Shown: positions 29,546 through 39,431, counted from the first letter of the stretch. The stretch: DNA of 54,530 bases from Acutalibacteraceae bacterium (GCA_045656485.1 JAZORK010000080.1:1-54530), one strand, 5' to 3'. The notes: generated by a model from the letters alone, not told the origin. Made by a program: numbers and translations.

Positions 29546-30997
29546 ATGCTAGATTTAAACTCTTACAATCTTTCAAAAACCGAAAGTTTGGTTTTTGAGC
29601 ATTTTGAAGAATTATCTGCCATACCACGTGGGTCGGGTAATATGCAAAAAATTGCCGACTATTGTGTGGACTTTGCCAAAAAATTCGACCTTAAATACAT
29701 TCGCGATGAATTTAACAATGTGGTTATTTTCAAACCCGCCACCAAAGGCTATGAAAATGCCGAACCCATTATTTTACAAGGTCATTTAGATATTGTTTGC
29801 CAGAAAACGCAAGACCGCCAAATCGACTTTTTGACCGATAGCCTTAAAATTTTCCGTGACGGTGATTTTATTAAAGCCGACGGCACAACACTCGGCGGTG
29901 ACAACGGCATTGCAGTAGCATTTATTCTTGCAATTTTGTCTTCCGACCTTCCGCATCCGGCTATTGAAGCGGTGCTAACCACCGATGAAGAAATCGGACT
30001 TATCGGTGCTACAGGGCTTAATAAATCCATCCTTAAAGCCCGTAAAATGATAAACATTGACTCGGAAGAAGACGATGTTTTAACCGTTTCGTGTGCGGGT
30101 GGCGGCGACGTTATTTTAAAACTTCCCCTAAAATACCAAAACAGAAACGGCACAAAAATCACTATACGTATTGGCGGTCTTTTGGGTGGTCATTCAGGTG
30201 TTGAAATCCACAAGGGCCGAACAAACGCTAATATGCTTTTAGGCAAGCTTTTAGGTTATCTTAATACTAATTCTAATTTCGAAATTTTAAGTGTTTCGGG
30301 CGGTACAAAGGCTAACGCCATTCCCAACGCTTCCACCGCCACTATTTGCTGTGAAAACAGTGAAAATTTATTGCTTTGGATTGATAATTTCAAAACACTT
30401 TATTTAGATGATATAAAGAAAAACGAACCCGACGCTTTTATCAGCGTAAATGAAGGTGAAAAAGGCGATTACGACTGCCTTGATACCGCTTCCAAAACAA
30501 GAGTTATTAACCTTTTAACCAAAACACCCGATGGTGTTGTTAAAATGAGTGAAGAAATTGAAGGCTTAGTTGAAACATCGCTTAATATGGGCGTTTTATC
30601 CACCGAAAATGATGTTACAACCGCTATTTTAGCCCTTAGAAGTAACAAGCAAGCTTCGCTTGAAAATTTAACCGAACAAATTTTAAACATCGGCAAAACG
30701 TTAGAAGCCAAGTCCGAGACCGACGGTTTTTATCCGCCATGGGAATATAACCCAAATTCCCCCTTGCGTGAACTTTACAAAAAGTGTTATTACGAGCAAA
30801 ACGGCAAGGAAATTAAGGTAGAAGCCATTCACGCAGGGCTTGAATGTGCAGTTTTTTCGGCTAATATGCAAAACCTTGACTGCATTTCGGTAGGTCCTAA
30901 CCTTTTTGATGTTCACACAGTAAACGAAAAATTAAGTATTTCTTCTACTATTAGCACCTTTAATTTACTCTTAAAGGTTTTAGAAAAAAGTAATTAA
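29546..30997 (+). CDS. pepD: Aminoacyl-histidine (Xaa-His) dipeptidase, peptidase M20C
   Basis: Motifs ILQGHLDIV, GGDNGIAVA and TTDEEIGLIGA. ATG at 29546 follows the RBS AAAGGAG. The longer ORF would include the promoter. Confidence 0.9.
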   Translation: MLDLNSYNLSKTESLVFEHFEELSAIPRGSGNMQKIADYCVDFAKKFDLKYIRDEFNNVVIFKPATKGYENAEPIILQGHLDIVCQKTQDRQIDFLTDSLKIFRDGDFIKADGTTLGGDNGIAVAFILAILSSDLPHPAIEAVLTTDEEIGLIGATGLNKSILKARKMINIDSEEDDVLTVSCAGGGDVILKLPLKYQNRNGTKITIRIGGLLGGHSGVEIHKGRTNANMLLGKLLGYLNTNSNFEILSVSGGTKANAIPNASTATICCENSENLLLWIDNFKTLYLDDIKKNEPDAFISVNEGEKGDYDCLDTASKTRVINLLTKTPDGVVKMSEEIEGLVETSLNMGVLSTENDVTTAILALRSNKQASLENLTEQILNIGKTLEAKSETDGFYPPWEYNPNSPLRELYKKCYYEQNGKEIKVEAIHAGLECAVFSANMQNLDCISVGPNLFDVHTVNEKLSISSTISTFNLLLKVLEKSN

Positions 30998-31016
30998 AAA
31001 TTGATTGGAGTTATTT

Positions 31017-32930
31017 ATGGAAAACAAAAATGAATTTAAACCTTATATTCCTGCAAATAAAATTACTCCCGAAATTACCGTAACCTCGATAATTATGGGT
31101 GTTTTACTTGCGGTTGTATTCGGCGCAGCAAATGCTTATTTGGGTCTTCGTGTTGGTATGACCGTTTCGGCATCTATCCCTGCGGCAGTTATTTCAATGG
31201 GCGTTATCCGCATAATTTTACGCCGTAATTCTATTTTGGAAAACAACCTTGTTCAAACCATCGGCTCTGCAGGTGAATCCTTAGCGGCAGGCGCTATTTT
31301 TACCCTTCCCGCTTTGTTCTTGTGGGCAGCAGATGAAAACTACAATATAGACAAGCCCGACCTTCTTGAAATCACTTTAATTGCACTTATCGGCGGTCTT
31401 TTAGGCGTATTCTTTATGGTTCCTTTACGCAATGCTTTAATTGTTAAAGAACACGGCACTCTCCCCTATCCCGAAGGTAAAGCCTGTGCTGAAGTTTTAC
31501 TCGCAGGTGAAAAAGGCGGCTCAAGTGCTTCTACCGTTTTTGCAGGTATGGGCTTTGCCGCATTGTTTAAGTTTATTATTGACGGACTTAAAATAGTTTC
31601 AGGCGAAGTTTCGGGCAGAATAAAAGGCTTTGCAGGTGAAATCGGCACCCAAATTTACCCCGCTGTAATGAGCGTTGGTTACATTTGCGGTCCTCGTATT
31701 TCTTCTTATATGTTTGCAGGCGGTGTTTTAAGCTGGCTTGTTCTTATTCCGCTTATCGTGTTGTTCGGCGAAAACAGCATTCTTTACCCCAGCGTTGATG
31801 CTACAATAGGTCAACTTTATGAAAGCGGCGGTGCTTCTGCGATTTGGGGTTCTTACATTCGCTATATCGGTGCAGGTGCATTGGCGGCAGGCGGTATTAT
31901 AAGCCTTGTTAAATCGCTACCCCTTATTATCAAAACCTTTAGCGGTGCTCTAAAAAGTATGTCCGACGCAGGTGCAGTTTCAAATGAACGCACCGCAAAA
32001 GATATAAACATCAAGGTTGTAATCATTGCTATCCTTGTTTTAACACTTCTTATCTGGCTTATCCCTGCTATTCCTGTAAACCCCATTGGTGCCATCATAA
32101 TTGTTGTATTCGGTTTCTTCTTTGCTACCGTTTCTTCACGAATGGTAGGTCTTGTTGGTAGCAGTAACAACCCCGTTTCAGGTATGGCTATCGCTACCGT
32201 TTTAATTGCAACACTTATTCTTAAATTTACAGGCAGTACCGGTATTAAGGGTATGGTTAGTGCCATTGCAATTGGCTCTATTATTTGTATTGTTTCGGCT
32301 ATTGCGGGCGATACCTCGCAAGATCTTAAAACCGGCTATCTTTTAGGTGCAACACCCAAAAAGCAACAATACGGTGAAATTATAGGGGTTGTATCGGCAG
32401 CTCTCGCTATCGGTGGAACCTTGTACCTACTTGATGAAGCTTGGGGCTTTGGCGGAAACGAATTAGCAGCACCTCAGGCAACCCTTATGAAGCTTATTAT
32501 TGAAGGCGTTATGGGCGGTAATTTGCCTTGGGCGCTTGTATTTACAGGTGTGTTTATTGCAGTTGTAGTTGAACTTATCGGCATCCCTGTTCTTCCCTTT
32601 GCTATTGGTGTATATTTACCTGTTCAGCTTAACGCTTGTATTATGGTAGGCGGTATTGTTCGTTTGGTTGTTGAAAAATTAAGTAAAAATAAACAAACAC
32701 ACGAAGAAATCGTAAACGATGGTATTTTATTCTCATCGGGTATGATAGCAGGTGAAGGTCTTGTTGGTATCGTTTTAGCAATATTTGCCATCTTCGGTTT
32801 AGACAAGGTTATCAACCTTTCAGGTTTTATTTCTCCCTTGGTTTCACAAATCGGCGGTCTTGTGTTGTTTGGCATAATTATTCTTTTACTTTTAAAATTC
32901 ACCATTTTCAAAAAACGTGAAACAAAATGA
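31017..32930 (+). CDS. OPT family oligopeptide transporter
   Basis: About 637 aa with roughly 16 TM segments. The N-terminus ITPEITVTSIIMGVLLAVVFGAANAYLGLRVGMTVSASIPAAV is typical of bacterial OPT transporters. Confidence 0.9.
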   Translation: MENKNEFKPYIPANKITPEITVTSIIMGVLLAVVFGAANAYLGLRVGMTVSASIPAAVISMGVIRIILRRNSILENNLVQTIGSAGESLAAGAIFTLPALFLWAADENYNIDKPDLLEITLIALIGGLLGVFFMVPLRNALIVKEHGTLPYPEGKACAEVLLAGEKGGSSASTVFAGMGFAALFKFIIDGLKIVSGEVSGRIKGFAGEIGTQIYPAVMSVGYICGPRISSYMFAGGVLSWLVLIPLIVLFGENSILYPSVDATIGQLYESGGASAIWGSYIRYIGAGALAAGGIISLVKSLPLIIKTFSGALKSMSDAGAVSNERTAKDINIKVVIIAILVLTLLIWLIPAIPVNPIGAIIIVVFGFFFATVSSRMVGLVGSSNNPVSGMAIATVLIATLILKFTGSTGIKGMVSAIAIGSIICIVSAIAGDTSQDLKTGYLLGATPKKQQYGEIIGVVSAALAIGGTLYLLDEAWGFGGNELAAPQATLMKLIIEGVMGGNLPWALVFTGVFIAVVVELIGIPVLPFAIGVYLPVQLNACIMVGGIVRLVVEKLSKNKQTHEEIVNDGILFSSGMIAGEGLVGIVLAIFAIFGLDKVINLSGFISPLVSQIGGLVLFGIIILLLLKFTIFKKRETK

Positions 32931-33259
32931 AAAAAGAAAATTTTTTAGAAAAAATACCCTCCCGTAAGGAAGGTATTAATTGGACCACCGATGACAAAAA
33001 AATTGTTACGCTTGAAATTGAAAACAAAGGCATATTTAACCGCATAGCACAAAAGCTCTTTAAAAAGCCAAAAATAAGCTTCATTCATCTTGACGAAATG
33101 GGCAGTTTTATTTGGCCATTGCTTGATGGTAATTCAAATATTTTGAGCATTGGTGAAAAGGTTAAAGAACACTTTGGCGAAGCGGCAGAGCCTCTTTATC
33201 CCCGCCTTTCAAAATATTTTGGTATTCTTGAAAGTTACGGCTTTGTTAATATAAAGTAG
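32927..33259 (+). CDS. PqqD-family (RRE-like) small protein
   Basis: 110 aa. The segment LDEMGSFIWPLLDGNSNILSIGEKVKEHF...YFGILESYGFV fits the PqqD winged-helix pattern. Its start overlaps the OPT stop (ATGA). Confidence 0.7.
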   Translation: MKKENFLEKIPSRKEGINWTTDDKKIVTLEIENKGIFNRIAQKLFKKPKISFIHLDEMGSFIWPLLDGNSNILSIGEKVKEHFGEAAEPLYPRLSKYFGILESYGFVNIK

Positions 33260-33268
33260 TAATTTCCA

Positions 33269-33297
33269 TTGACAAACAAATAAAATAAACTTATAAT
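33269..33297 (+). promoter_or_regulatory. Sigma-A promoter for the FAD-protein gene
   Basis: TTGACA (33269-33274), 17-nt spacer, TATAAT (33292-33297). Confidence 0.5.
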
Positions 33298-33308
33298 AAA
33301 TAAGCAGT

Positions 33309-33345
33309 AGGGACTGTATTTTCTAAATAGGGAAATGCAGTCCTT
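33309..33345 (+). promoter_or_regulatory. Leader hairpin in the 5' UTR
   Basis: 13-bp stem AGGGACUGUAUUU/AAAUGCAGUCCUU (two G-U pairs), 11-nt loop, followed by a weak U-tract GUUUGUGU. Confidence 0.35.
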
Positions 33346-33368
33346 GTTTGTGTAAAATTTAAGAAAGA

Positions 33369-34763
33369 ATGATTAATATGTCACAAATTAAAATGTATGA
33401 TGTTGCAATTATAGGCGGCGGTATAGGTGGTCTTATGGCGGCATACCGCCTTAAAGAAAACGCACCCGAAACTAAAATAGTTATTACCGAACGTGGTGAA
33501 AGGCTTGAAAAACGCCATTGTCCCGTTGGGCGTGACAAAACCTGTGTTCACTGTAAAACCTGTAGTATTACAAGCGGTTTTGCGGGAGCAGGCGCTTTTT
33601 CGGACGGTAAATTTAACCTTGGCACCGCTTACGGCGGAACTTTAGGTGAAGAACTAGGTGACACCCTTGCCAATAAATACATTGACGAGGTTGACAAAAT
33701 TCTAGATAAATACTGTACCTCAGGCAAGGTACGCGTTTATAAATCTAATGAAGACTTAAAGCTTAAATGCTTACAAAACAACCTTCGTTTGCTTGATATG
33801 AACGTTAAGCACTTAGGTACCGACAAAAACTTCTTAACAATGAAAAATCTTATCGCCGCTTTAGAGGAACAAGGCGTAGATTTACTTGATTTTTACGATT
33901 GCGAAGCAATTGAAAAATGCGATAACGGCTACCAGCTAAGTTACACAAACGGCGAAAAACTTTATGCCCAAAAGGTAATTATTGCCACAGGCAGAAGCGG
34001 TGCTAACTTTGTTGCCGATATTTGCCGTAGTTTTGGTATAAAAATGAGCTCTAACCATATCGACATCGGTGTTCGTGTTGAAATGAAGGACGTTATTTGG
34101 AAAGAATTTTCCGACAAAATTTACGAGCCGAAAATTCTTTACAAAACCAAAACCTTTGAAGACCGTTGCAGAATGTTCTGCTTTAATAAGGGCGGTCTTG
34201 TATCGGCCGAAAACAACCACGGCATAATAACCGCCAACGGTCACTCCTATGCCGAGGATGAGAAGCGCACCGAAAACTGCAACTTTGCAATTCTTTCGTC
34301 AATCCGCTTTACCGAGCCTTTTAACCAACCCACCGAATATGCTGAAAGTATCTCTCGCCTTGCTAATATGATTGGTAAAGGCAGCGTTATTGTGCAACGC
34401 TTTGGTGACCTTATACGAGGACGCCGCACCAACGACCACCGTTTAGGTCAAAACACCGTTGAGCCTACCTTAAAAGCCACCGCAGGCGATATTTCGCTCG
34501 TACTTCCCCACCGAATTTTAACCAACATTATTGAAACTATCTATGCGCTTGATAAGGTAGCCCCGGGTACTGCTAACGATGATACCTTGCTTTACGGCTG
34601 TGAAAGTAAGTATTATTCAATCCGTCCCCACTTTATGAATAACAACTTTGAGCTTACTGATAACATCTTTATTATCGGTGACGGCAGTGGTATTTGTCGT
34701 GGTCTTTCACAGTCGGGTGCTATGGGCATCTACGTTGCTGATTGTATAACTGAAAATTTGTAA
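33369..34763 (+). CDS. FAD-dependent protein of the uncharacterised NAD(FAD)-utilising dehydrogenase family (COG2509-like)
   Basis: Dinucleotide fold DVAIIGGGIGG, a Cys cluster HCPVGRDKTCVHCKTC, and a C-terminal GDGSG motif. Confidence 0.8.
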   Translation: MINMSQIKMYDVAIIGGGIGGLMAAYRLKENAPETKIVITERGERLEKRHCPVGRDKTCVHCKTCSITSGFAGAGAFSDGKFNLGTAYGGTLGEELGDTLANKYIDEVDKILDKYCTSGKVRVYKSNEDLKLKCLQNNLRLLDMNVKHLGTDKNFLTMKNLIAALEEQGVDLLDFYDCEAIEKCDNGYQLSYTNGEKLYAQKVIIATGRSGANFVADICRSFGIKMSSNHIDIGVRVEMKDVIWKEFSDKIYEPKILYKTKTFEDRCRMFCFNKGGLVSAENNHGIITANGHSYAEDEKRTENCNFAILSSIRFTEPFNQPTEYAESISRLANMIGKGSVIVQRFGDLIRGRRTNDHRLGQNTVEPTLKATAGDISLVLPHRILTNIIETIYALDKVAPGTANDDTLLYGCESKYYSIRPHFMNNNFELTDNIFIIGDGSGICRGLSQSGAMGIYVADCITENL

Positions 34764-34770
34764 AATAAAA

Positions 34771-34810
34771 AAGATATAATGTCATAATTTGTTTGACATT
34801 ATATCTTTTC
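34771..34810 (+). terminator. Rho-independent terminator that contains the -35 box of the xpt promoter
   Basis: 14-bp perfect stem AAGATATAATGTCA (34771-34784) / TGACATTATATCTT (34794-34807). TTGACA (34793-34798) plus a 17-nt spacer leads to TAGAAT (34816-34821). Confidence 0.7.
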
Positions 34811-34871
34811 TATTGTAGAATATACATATACTATTATTTATTTATTATCATTTTTTTGGGAGTGTTTGCGA

Positions 34872-35450
34872 ATGAAAGGGTTGGAAGAAAAAATTTTAAA
34901 AGAAGGCACCGTTCTTCCTGGTAATATTTTGAAGGTAACCTCTTTTTTAAATCACCGTATCGACGTTGATTTTATGATGGAAATAGGTAAAGAAATTGCG
35001 AGACTATTTAAAAATGAAAAAATAGATAAAATCCTTACTATTGAAACTTCGGGTATTGCTGTTGCTATGGCGGCTGCTGCCGAAATGCACGTGCCTGTGG
35101 TATTTGCTAAAAAGCATAAAAGCGCAAACCTTTCGGGTGACTTATATTCAACCGTTGTTCACTCTTTTACCCACGGCACCGATTATACCGTGGTTGTTAG
35201 TAAGGAATTTTTAAGTGCAGGCGAAAACGTACTTATTATTGACGACTTCTTAGCAAACGGCAAGGCGCTTTTAGGTCTTATTGATATTTTAAACCAAGCA
35301 AAAGCCAAAACTGTGGGTTGTTGCACAGTTATTGAAAAAGGCTTCCAAGGCGGGGGCGATGCTTTAAGAGAGCAAGGCATCCGTGTAGAATCACTTGCTA
35401 TAATTGATTCTATGGACGACTGCTCGGTTACTTTCCGTGAATGTAATTAA
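34872..35450 (+). CDS. xpt: Xanthine phosphoribosyltransferase
   Basis: About 192 aa with the PRPP loop VLIIDDFLANGKA and an Xpt-type N-terminus LEEKILKEG...L. ATG at 34872 follows GGGAG. Confidence 0.9.
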   Translation: MKGLEEKILKEGTVLPGNILKVTSFLNHRIDVDFMMEIGKEIARLFKNEKIDKILTIETSGIAVAMAAAAEMHVPVVFAKKHKSANLSGDLYSTVVHSFTHGTDYTVVVSKEFLSAGENVLIIDDFLANGKALLGLIDILNQAKAKTVGCCTVIEKGFQGGGDALREQGIRVESLAIIDSMDDCSVTFRECN

Positions 35451-35481
35451 ATTTACATAAAATTTTAAGGAGGAATCCAAA

Positions 35482-36681
35482 ATGAAAAAACTTTTAGCAC
35501 TTCTTTTGGCGGTATTAATGGTTGCTACTGTATTCGCAGGCTGCGGCGCTAATTCCGACGAACCAAAATCCGACTTGAAGGTAGGCTTTATCTTCCTTCA
35601 CGACGAGCAATCCACCTACGACAAAAACTTTATGGACGCTGCAAAGGCTGCTTGTAAAGAAATGGGCGTAGAGTAAGCTCAAAAGACTCAAATCCCCGAA
35701 TCCAAAGACTGCTATGATGCTGCTGTTGAACTTATCGAAGTTGACGGTTGTGACATCATCTTTGCTGATAGCTTCGGTCACGAGTCATTCCTTATCGACG
35801 CTGCTAAAAAGTACCCCGATGTTCAGTTCTGCCATGCAACTGGTACTCAGGCACACACCGCAGGCGTTGAAAACTTCCACAATGCATTTGCTTCTATCTA
35901 CGAAGGTCGTTACCTTGCAGGTGTTGCTGCAGGCTTAAAGCTTAACGAAATGATCGATGCAGGCAAGATCACTGCTGACAAGGCTAAAATGGGTTATGTT
36001 GGTGCTTTCACCTTTGCTGAAGTTATTTCAGGTTACACCTCTTTCTACCTTGGCGCTAAATCTGTATGCCCCACAGTAACCATGGACGTTAAGTTCACAG
36101 GTTCTTGGTATGATGAACAAAAAGAAAAAGAAGCTGCTCAAGCTCTTATCAACGGCGGTTGCGTACTTATCAGCCAACACGCTGACTCTATGGGCGCTCC
36201 CACAGCTTGCGAAACTGCTGGTGTTCCCAACGTTTCTTACAACGGTTCTACCGTAGCTGCTTGCCCCAACACCTTTATTGTATCTTCCAGAATTGACTGG
36301 GCTCCCTACTTCAAGTATATGATTGACTGTGTAAACAAGGGCGAAAAGATTGCTACCGACTGGACAGGCACTATCGAAACCGAATCTGTTGTTCTTACCG
36401 AAGTTAACGAAAAAGCAGCTGCTAAAGATACCGCTGCTAAAATTGCTGACGTTAAGGCTAAGTTACTTGACGGTTCTGTAAAGGTATTTGATACTGCTAA
36501 CTTCACCGTAGGCGGCAAAAAGCTCGAAACCTACAAGGCTGACGTTGATACCGACGCTGCATTTGAAAAAGATACCGAAGTTATCGAAGACGGTGTATTC
36601 TATGAATCTAAGCATCGTTCAGCTCCTTACTTCGATCTTGAAATCGACGGCATCACACTTCTTGATAGAAACTACGGTTGA
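35482..36681 (+). pseudogene. BMP-family (PnrA/TmpC/Med-like) nucleoside-binding lipoprotein interrupted by one in-frame TAA at 35674-35676
   Basis: Lipobox VFAGC. My translation of frame 1 runs continuously from 35482 to 36681 except for a single TAA: ...KEMGVE*AQKTQIPESKDCYDAAV...ADSFGHE...FCHATG.... Confidence 0.8.
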
Positions 36682-36693
36682 TAAATAAAAACA

Positions 36694-36764
36694 GTTTAAG
36701 GCGAGGGCACTCTCTCGCCTTAAACTAATTTTGAAGAAAAGGCTATAGGCTATAACCTTTTCTT
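36694..36764 (+). promoter_or_regulatory. Two intercistronic hairpins between the binding-protein gene and the ATPase gene
   Basis: GTTTAAGGCGAG/CTCGCCTTAAAC (12 bp; 36694-36725) followed by TAATTTT, then AAGAAAAGG/CCTTTTCTT (36734-36764). This is a partial terminator or mRNA stabiliser of the kind usual for ABC operons. Confidence 0.5.
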
Positions 36765-36790
36765 GAGAATTATTTGAACGGAGGTTTAAT

Positions 36791-38329
36791 GTGGCTAAAC
36801 AACCTGCTATAGAACTAAAAAACATAACAAAGGTATTCGGCAAAGTAGTCGCCAATAAAAACGTTAATCTTACTGCCTACCGTGGTGAGATTTTGTCAAT
36901 TCTTGGCGAAAACGGCAGTGGTAAAACCACCCTTATGAATATGATTTCGGGCATTTATTTCCCCGATGAAGGTCAAATCTTCATCGATGAAAAGGAAGCC
37001 GTTATCGCATCCCCTAAGGATGCATTTTCCTACAAAATCGGTATGATTCATCAACACTTTAAGCTTGTTGATGTTTTCACCGCTGCTGAAAATATTGTAT
37101 TAGGTCTTGATGACGGCAAATACAACCTTAAAGCATCTACCGAAAAAATTAAACAAATTAGCGAACAATATGGCTTTGAGCTTGACTGCGATAAAAAGAT
37201 TTATACAATGTCAGTTTCCGAAAAGCAAACTGTTGAAATTATAAAGGTGCTTTATCGTGGGGCGGATATTCTAATACTGGACGAGCCTACCGCCGTTTTA
37301 ACCCCGCAAGAAACCGAAAAGCTATTCGCTGTGCTTCGCCGTATGCGTGATGACGGTAAATGTATTATAATCATCACCCACAAATTGCACGAAGTTTTAT
37401 CATTGTCTGATAGAGTGGCAGTGCTACGAAAAGGCGAATACGTTGGCACAGTAGAAACTGCTACCACCAACGAATCCGAGCTTACCGAAATGATGGTTGG
37501 CAAAAAATTCTCTCTTAACATTGAACGAAGCGAACCCCAAAACGTTGAAGATCGCCTTATCGTAAAGGGACTTGACTGTGTAAACCGTGAGGGTGTTAAG
37601 GTGCTTGATGATATTTCCTTCACTGCACGCTCGGGTGAAATTTTGGGTATTGCAGGTATTGCAGGTTCAGGTCAGCGTGAACTTTTAGAGGCTATTGCAG
37701 GTCTTCAATTAGTACAAGAGGGCGAAATTTCCTACAACAACCCCAAAACACACGAGATTGAAAACCTTCGTAATAAAACACCTATGCAAATAAGGGAACT
37801 TGGTGTACGCCTTTCCTTCGTGCCCGAAGACCGCTTAGGTATGGGTCTTGTGGGCAATATGGATATTGTTGATAATATGATGCTCCGCAGTTATCGCAAG
37901 GGCAAATCTTTCTTCTTAGAGCGTAAAAAGCCTTCCGACTTGGCCCAGCGTATTATCGAAGACCTTGAGGTTGTCACCCCGGGTGCCAACACCCCTGTAA
38001 GACGTCTTTCAGGCGGTAACGTTCAAAAGGTACTTGTTGGCCGCGAAATTGCCGCTTCCCCCACCGTGCTTATGGCAGCATACCCTGTAAGAGGTCTTGA
38101 CATCAACTCATCTTACACCATTTATAACCTACTTAATGAGCAAAAGAAGAAAGGCGTTGCGATTATCTTTGTTGGCGAAGATTTGGACGTGCTTATTGAA
38201 CTTTGCGATAGAATTTTAGTTATCGGTTCGGGCAAAATTACAGGCATTGTTGATGGCCGAACCACCACGAAGGAAGAAATTGGTCTTCTCATGACCAAAT
38301 CCACAAAGGAGGAGGGTAACAATGGCTAA
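36791..38329 (+). CDS. ABC transporter ATP-binding protein with duplicated ATPase domains (nucleoside/sugar type)
   Basis: 512 aa with Walker A GENGSGKTT, two ABC signatures, and Walker B ILILDEPT. GTG start after GGAGG. Confidence 0.92.
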   Translation: MAKQPAIELKNITKVFGKVVANKNVNLTAYRGEILSILGENGSGKTTLMNMISGIYFPDEGQIFIDEKEAVIASPKDAFSYKIGMIHQHFKLVDVFTAAENIVLGLDDGKYNLKASTEKIKQISEQYGFELDCDKKIYTMSVSEKQTVEIIKVLYRGADILILDEPTAVLTPQETEKLFAVLRRMRDDGKCIIIITHKLHEVLSLSDRVAVLRKGEYVGTVETATTNESELTEMMVGKKFSLNIERSEPQNVEDRLIVKGLDCVNREGVKVLDDISFTARSGEILGIAGIAGSGQRELLEAIAGLQLVQEGEISYNNPKTHEIENLRNKTPMQIRELGVRLSFVPEDRLGMGLVGNMDIVDNMMLRSYRKGKSFFLERKKPSDLAQRIIEDLEVVTPGANTPVRRLSGGNVQKVLVGREIAASPTVLMAAYPVRGLDINSSYTIYNLLNEQKKKGVAIIFVGEDLDVLIELCDRILVIGSGKITGIVDGRTTTKEEIGLLMTKSTKEEGNNG

Positions 38330-39431
38330 ATTGCAAACAAAAACCACACGTGAGCCACTTTTTCACGTTGTTAAGCGTGACGATTTACCTTGGCAAAAGG
38401 CTTGGCTTATTCGTGCGGTTACTATCATAATTTCATTTTTGCTTGTTGGCGTTTTTTGTGTTTTAGTTACAGGCCAAAGCTTTGGCGAATCTTACGAGAT
38501 TATGTTCGCAGGCGTTTTTGGTCGCCTTTTTGAAGGCCACTTTACCATGCTTTGGAAATATTTGCAAGAAATCGCAATTTTATTAGCCTTAGCATTAGCC
38601 CTTACCCCCGCTTTTAAAATGAAGTTTTGGAACTGCGGTGCCGAAGGTCAGGCACTTATGGGTGGTCTTGCTTCAATTATTTGTATGATTGAACTTGGCG
38701 ATACACTACCTTACCCAATTCTTATTGCAGTAATTGCTCTTACAAGTATTATTGCCGGTGCTATTTGGGGTGTTATTCCAGCTATATTTAAGGCTTGGTT
38801 TAACACAAACGAAACTTTGTTTACCCTTATGATGAACTATATCGCAACCCAAATTATTGCTTATTACGTTTACATTAAGGGCGGCGGCTCTAACGTTATT
38901 AACCCCGTTTCTGCAGGTAACTTCCCCTCGGTTGCAGGTAATGATTATTTTGTAAATATCGTAATTGTAGCAGTTATTACCATTGCTATGTATATCTACC
39001 TTAAATACAGTAAGCAAGGCTATGAAATCTCGGTTGTGGGCGAAAGCCAAAACACCGCTAGATACATTGGTATCAACGTTAAAAAGGTAATTATCAGAAC
39101 AATGCTAATTTCGGGTGCTTTGTGCGGCGTTACAGGTATGCTTTTAGTTGCAGGTAAGGACCACAGCATCAACATTAACAGCGTTGGCGGTCAAGGCTTT
39201 ACAGCTATATTAATGTCTTGGCTCGGTCAATTTAACCCCTTTATTATGGTAATTATGACCGCAATAGTAATCTTCTTGAGGCTAGGTGTTGCAAAGGTTG
39301 CTGACACAGCACTTCTTAACTCGTCATTTGCTGAAATTATGATAGGTATTGTTATTTTAATGCTTGTTGGTTGTGAATTCTTTATTCACTACTCTATTAA
39401 ATTTAAACACAAAAAGGAGGGCACAAAATAA
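38322..39431 (+). CDS. ABC transporter permease (BMP/nucleoside system)
   Basis: 369-aa polytopic membrane protein. It overlaps the ATPase stop. Confidence 0.9.
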   Translation: MAKLQTKTTREPLFHVVKRDDLPWQKAWLIRAVTIIISFLLVGVFCVLVTGQSFGESYEIMFAGVFGRLFEGHFTMLWKYLQEIAILLALALALTPAFKMKFWNCGAEGQALMGGLASIICMIELGDTLPYPILIAVIALTSIIAGAIWGVIPAIFKAWFNTNETLFTLMMNYIATQIIAYYVYIKGGGSNVINPVSAGNFPSVAGNDYFVNIVIVAVITIAMYIYLKYSKQGYEISVVGESQNTARYIGINVKKVIIRTMLISGALCGVTGMLLVAGKDHSININSVGGQGFTAILMSWLGQFNPFIMVIMTAIVIFLRLGVAKVADTALLNSSFAEIMIGIVILMLVGCEFFIHYSIKFKHKKEGTK

